From Selaginella moellendorffii (lineage: Eukaryota; Plantae; Lycopodiophyta): DNA of 64,000 nt. The translations under genes and the position numbers were made by a program. Of this stretch, positions 63,600-64,000 are shown piece after piece (position 1 is the first letter of the stretch; each line of letters begins with the position of its first letter). The stretch is from the NCBI RefSeq assembly GCF_000143415.4, contig NW_003314306.1:124001-188000 (forward strand). The letters are read 5' to 3'. The notes under the pieces are model-generated. The model made no database searches and was not told where the DNA came from. It saw only the letters and a list, made by a program, of their open reading frames with translations.

Positions 63600-63892
63600 T
63601 TACATTATTTTAATCTATAAGATCATAATTCTTTCCAGTGTAGTTTTTCCACAAAGTCTCAAGAACTCTTTAGCAATTGCTGGAAAAGCAAGAATTGGCT
63701 ACGTTCGCTTTGAATTTAGAAATTTTCTTTCACTGCCCATAATGTACTTAACATAATTGTTTAAAAGCGTTTAAATTTAAAGTAATTGTTAGCACCCAAA
63801 AACATGATATATATATATATATAGACACACACACACACATCTAGCCCATCGTATTGCAGTATCTAAAAAGCTTCACATCTCCATTAATATTT

Positions 63893-64000
63893 AAAAGCTC
63901 ATCTCTTTGAACTTGATATTCTATCCCAAATGCATTCAGCACAACATCCACATACCCGTACCAGCGATCCTGATTGTAGAGCTCCTCCAGGATGGAGTGG
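63893..64000 (-). other. 3' portion of a paralog of the 62389-62916 secreted protein
   Basis: Aligns to 62438-62545 (HSILEELY..DRWYGYVDVVLNAFGIEY); continues beyond the window. Confidence 0.8.

Overview
Eukaryotic land-plant nuclear DNA with GC-rich genes, very short introns (mostly 45-75 nt) and many PPR relics. This pattern fits the lycophyte Selaginella (inference). Intact or probable genes: STICHEL-like (5' end outside the window), class II LBD, EXECUTER, IRX14-like GT43, miR160-targeted class C ARF, MAGL/CSE-family hydrolase, NLR with a CC/RPW8-like N-terminus, RBM39-like splicing factor, SAM + peroxiredoxin-like protein, peroxisomal SDR, a cAMP-dependent protein kinase (PKA) regulatory subunit, GA20ox-like 2OG dioxygenase, PLS-E PPR, two small secreted proteins and an intron-containing tRNA-Met. 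AT-rich blocks hold decayed Gypsy and Copia elements, a solo LTR nested in inverted orientation inside an older copy of itself, and pseudogene fragments (TANGO6, XRN, RPS8, PPR, 2OGD, 18S rRNA). Most notable: the 9-exon PKA-R gene with no dimerization domain, a frameshifted trypsin-fold protease with a 3C-like GxCG motif, a candidate RBM39 poison exon, a cyanovirin-N-like ORF inside a Copia element, and a 27-nt exact match between the foldback LTR and the GT43 coding sequence. Family assignments come from recalled motifs and exon boundaries were read by eye; no database search was run.
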